Assembly (NCBI GenBank): GCA_042216675.1 | Contig: JBDGTS010000008.1 | Span: forward strand, 64,001-128,000 | Origin: Halobacteriaceae archaeon | GTDB lineage: Archaea > Halobacteriota > Halobacteria > Halobacteriales > Halobacteriaceae | Length of the DNA stretch: 64,000 bases | Direction of reading: 5' to 3' | Shown here: positions 62,131 through 64,000 of the stretch, piece by piece | Numbering within the stretch: position 1 is the first letter of the stretch | How the letters are laid out: the number at the start of each line of letters is the position of its first letter | Translations under genes and position numbers: made by a program | The notes under the pieces: model-generated | Seen by the model: only the letters and a program-made list of their open reading frames with translations | The model's database searches: none | Told to the model about the DNA's origin: nothing

Positions 62131-63308
62131 GAGCGGCGGGCCCGCACCCAGTCGAGCACGCGCCCCGGAAGCCCGGTGGCGGCGAGGCCCGCACCGACGA
62201 GGAGCATCAGCGCGTAGAGGCCCAGCGTCGAGAGCCACACCACCAACATCGCGAGAATCGCCCACCCGCCGTCGAGGTAGGAGAACGCCCCGACGGTCAT
62301 CGCGGTGCCGTAGGCCAACACGAGATACGGCCCCCAGCCCCGGGCGTGGCCCCGGCGCATCCGCCCCCGGACGTAGCGTTTCAGGTCCGCTTCGAGGGTC
62401 GAACGGTCCACAGTCTTCTCGTCGAGGCGCGTCCGCAGGCGCTCGACCTCGCGTTCGAGTGCGGTGATGTCCGGCGCCGGGCCATCGACGTCCTCGGCGT
62501 CAGTCTCTGTCTCCGTCTCTCCGTCTGCGTCGGTTCGTCCGGCCAGCACGGCGTTGAGTACCCCCCCGAGGATGATAATGATGCTGGCGAGATACAGCCA
62601 CGTCACGAGCAACAGCGCCGCGCCGAGGACCCCGTACAGCGCGAACCCGCCGACGTTGCTCGCGTAGAGGCCGAACGTGGCGGTCAAAGCGGTCCAGCCG
62701 ACGGCCGCGAACACCGTCCCCGGAAGCACCTCGCGGGCGTCGACGTCTACGTCCGGAAACACGTAGAACATCGGGAAGAAGGCGACCGTAAGCGCCGCGA
62801 CGAGCGGGAGCGGCGACAGCACGTCCGGCAGGTAGTGCATCGCGGGCGCGACCCCTCCGACGACGACGGCGGCGACGGCGGCGAGGCCGATGGCGCTCAG
62901 CACCGTCGCGGCGTCGAGCAGCTGTCGGCCCAGCGACTTGTGCGCCTCGACGCCGTACACCTGGGAGAACGCCGCGTCGAGGCCGCGGAACAGGCGCAAG
63001 CCACCCCACGCGAGGACGACGACGCTCACGATGCCGACGCCGGTCCGCCCGTCCGCGTTCAGGATGGCGTCGCGGAGCAGTTGTTCGCCGCTCGGTGCGA
63101 GTGCGCCCCCGGCCGTCTCGACGGCGTAGGTGGCGAGTTCGTCGCCGAACAGCGCCGACCCGACGGCCAGCGACACGAGGAACAGGGGGACCAGCGACAC
63201 GAACGCGTAGTAGGCGACGGCGGCCGCGAGAAACGTCAGCCGCGAGTCGCGGACGGCGCGGAGGAGGGCCCGCGCCGCGACCCGGCCGCGCGCGACGGTC
63301 TGAGACAT
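62127..63308 (-). CDS. YihY/BrkB family membrane protein
   Basis: LAAAVAYYAFVSLVP, F..LD.AF, YGVLG..LL..TWLY. Confidence 0.88.
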   Translation of the reverse strand: MSQTVARGRVAARALLRAVRDSRLTFLAAAVAYYAFVSLVPLFLVSLAVGSALFGDELATYAVETAGGALAPSGEQLLRDAILNADGRTGVGIVSVVVLAWGGLRLFRGLDAAFSQVYGVEAHKSLGRQLLDAATVLSAIGLAAVAAVVVGGVAPAMHYLPDVLSPLPLVAALTVAFFPMFYVFPDVDVDAREVLPGTVFAAVGWTALTATFGLYASNVGGFALYGVLGAALLLVTWLYLASIIIILGGVLNAVLAGRTDADGETETETDAEDVDGPAPDITALEREVERLRTRLDEKTVDRSTLEADLKRYVRGRMRRGHARGWGPYLVLAYGTAMTVGAFSYLDGGWAILAMLVVWLSTLGLYALMLLVGAGLAATGLPGRVLDWVRARRS

Positions 63309-63341
63309 GGGCGTGGCTTCGTGACTGCGACCCTTAAAACG

Positions 63342-64000
63342 TCAGTCAGTCGTCGCGGCCTCGATGTCGGTCACGTCGGCGTCCGTCTTGAACGTCGTGC
63401 CGCCGAAGTGCGCCCGCGAGGCCGCGTGGCCCGCGTCCCGGAGCGAGTCGAGGAACTCGTCCATCGGCCCGGCGGTGACGCCCCACCGCTTCGCGAGGCG
63501 GTGCTGGTCGTAGTGTGTCGGTTCGTGAATCTCGCCCGCGATGCGTTCGAGGAGGCTGTCGGCCCGACTGGCGGCCCCCATCTCGGCCGAGAGTTCGCCC
63601 CGCGTCGCCGCCACGAAGTCGGCGTCGTGCGCGGGGCCGAGCCACAGGGGGCCGGCGTGGACGACGTGGTCGCTCCCGCAGGCCCCACACGTCTCGGGCA
63701 GGTCGGCGATGAGGCCCGGATCCGTCGTGCGCCACAGGCACTCCGGGCAGTGCGCGAGGTGGCCCAGTTCGTCGACGGCGTCGTTGGCGGGCGTCGCGCC
63801 GTGGTCGAGTTCGAGGTAGGTCCGCACGTAGTGGTCGCTGACGTGGCTCAGGATGGGGACGACGCCAGCGTCGTAGCGGGCCGCCGTCCGCGCGAGGGCG
63901 CCGAGCAGGATGCGGAGCCCCATCTCGGCGTGGTACTCGGTGTTCCGGGGGACCGCGCTGTACGAGCGGACGCCGCTCTCGAAGTGGGCGCCACACAGCG
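63342..64000 (-). CDS. trm1: tRNA (guanine26-N2)-dimethyltransferase, 5' truncated by window
   Basis: [46 protein letters not shown]. Confidence 0.9.
   Translation of the reverse strand, partial: LCGAHFESGVRSYSAVPRNTEYHAEMGLRILLGALARTAARYDAGVVPILSHVSDHYVRTYLELDHGATPANDAVDELGHLAHCPECLWRTTDPGLIADLPETCGACGSDHVVHAGPLWLGPAHDADFVAATRGELSAEMGAASRADSLLERIAGEIHEPTHYDQHRLAKRWGVTAGPMDEFLDSLRDAGHAASRAHFGGTTFKTDADVTDIEAATTD

Noticed and set aside
38642-64000. Apparent clustering of tRNA-related genes (taw1, thrS, tiaS, trm1)
   Set aside because: Dispersed, separately promoted core genes with no evidence of a dedicated system

Overview
High-GC, acidic-proteome haloarchaeal (Halobacteria) chromosome segment, mostly core genes: A-type ATP synthase operon (atpHIKECFAB, with atpD split off by an antisense orphan PAS-histidine kinase), rpa3/rpap3, Rad3/XPD helicase, aRF1, MinD, argS, thrS, taw1, tiaS, trm1, ribK/ribB, ilvE, ilvA, citZ, carS, pyrE, thermosome, lrp/glnA, tRNA-His(GTG) and tRNA-Ser(GGA), plus one accessory sugar-acid uptake/catabolism cluster (857-8146). 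No transposase, integrase or CRISPR array is visible. The most unusual signals are non-coding. (1) Both tRNA genes carry the same composite downstream architecture: an antisense copy of their own T-arm, a GCGAGAC..GTCTCGC hairpin, and an exact 23-24 bp copy of their own 3' end. (2) A family of about 51-56 bp twin-hairpin elements (triloops, sheared G.A pairs, 4-nt linker, usually 3' of CGAC, no evident target duplication) occurs at both tRNAs, between genes and in frame inside the helicase, with compensatory changes and a filled-versus-empty site pair. (3) The thrS leader has a promoter, a leaderless uORF with a Thr codon, a long-range stem and a GGU-loop hairpin masking the Shine-Dalgarno. 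All family calls are from motif recognition only; no database search was run, so novelty is unverified.
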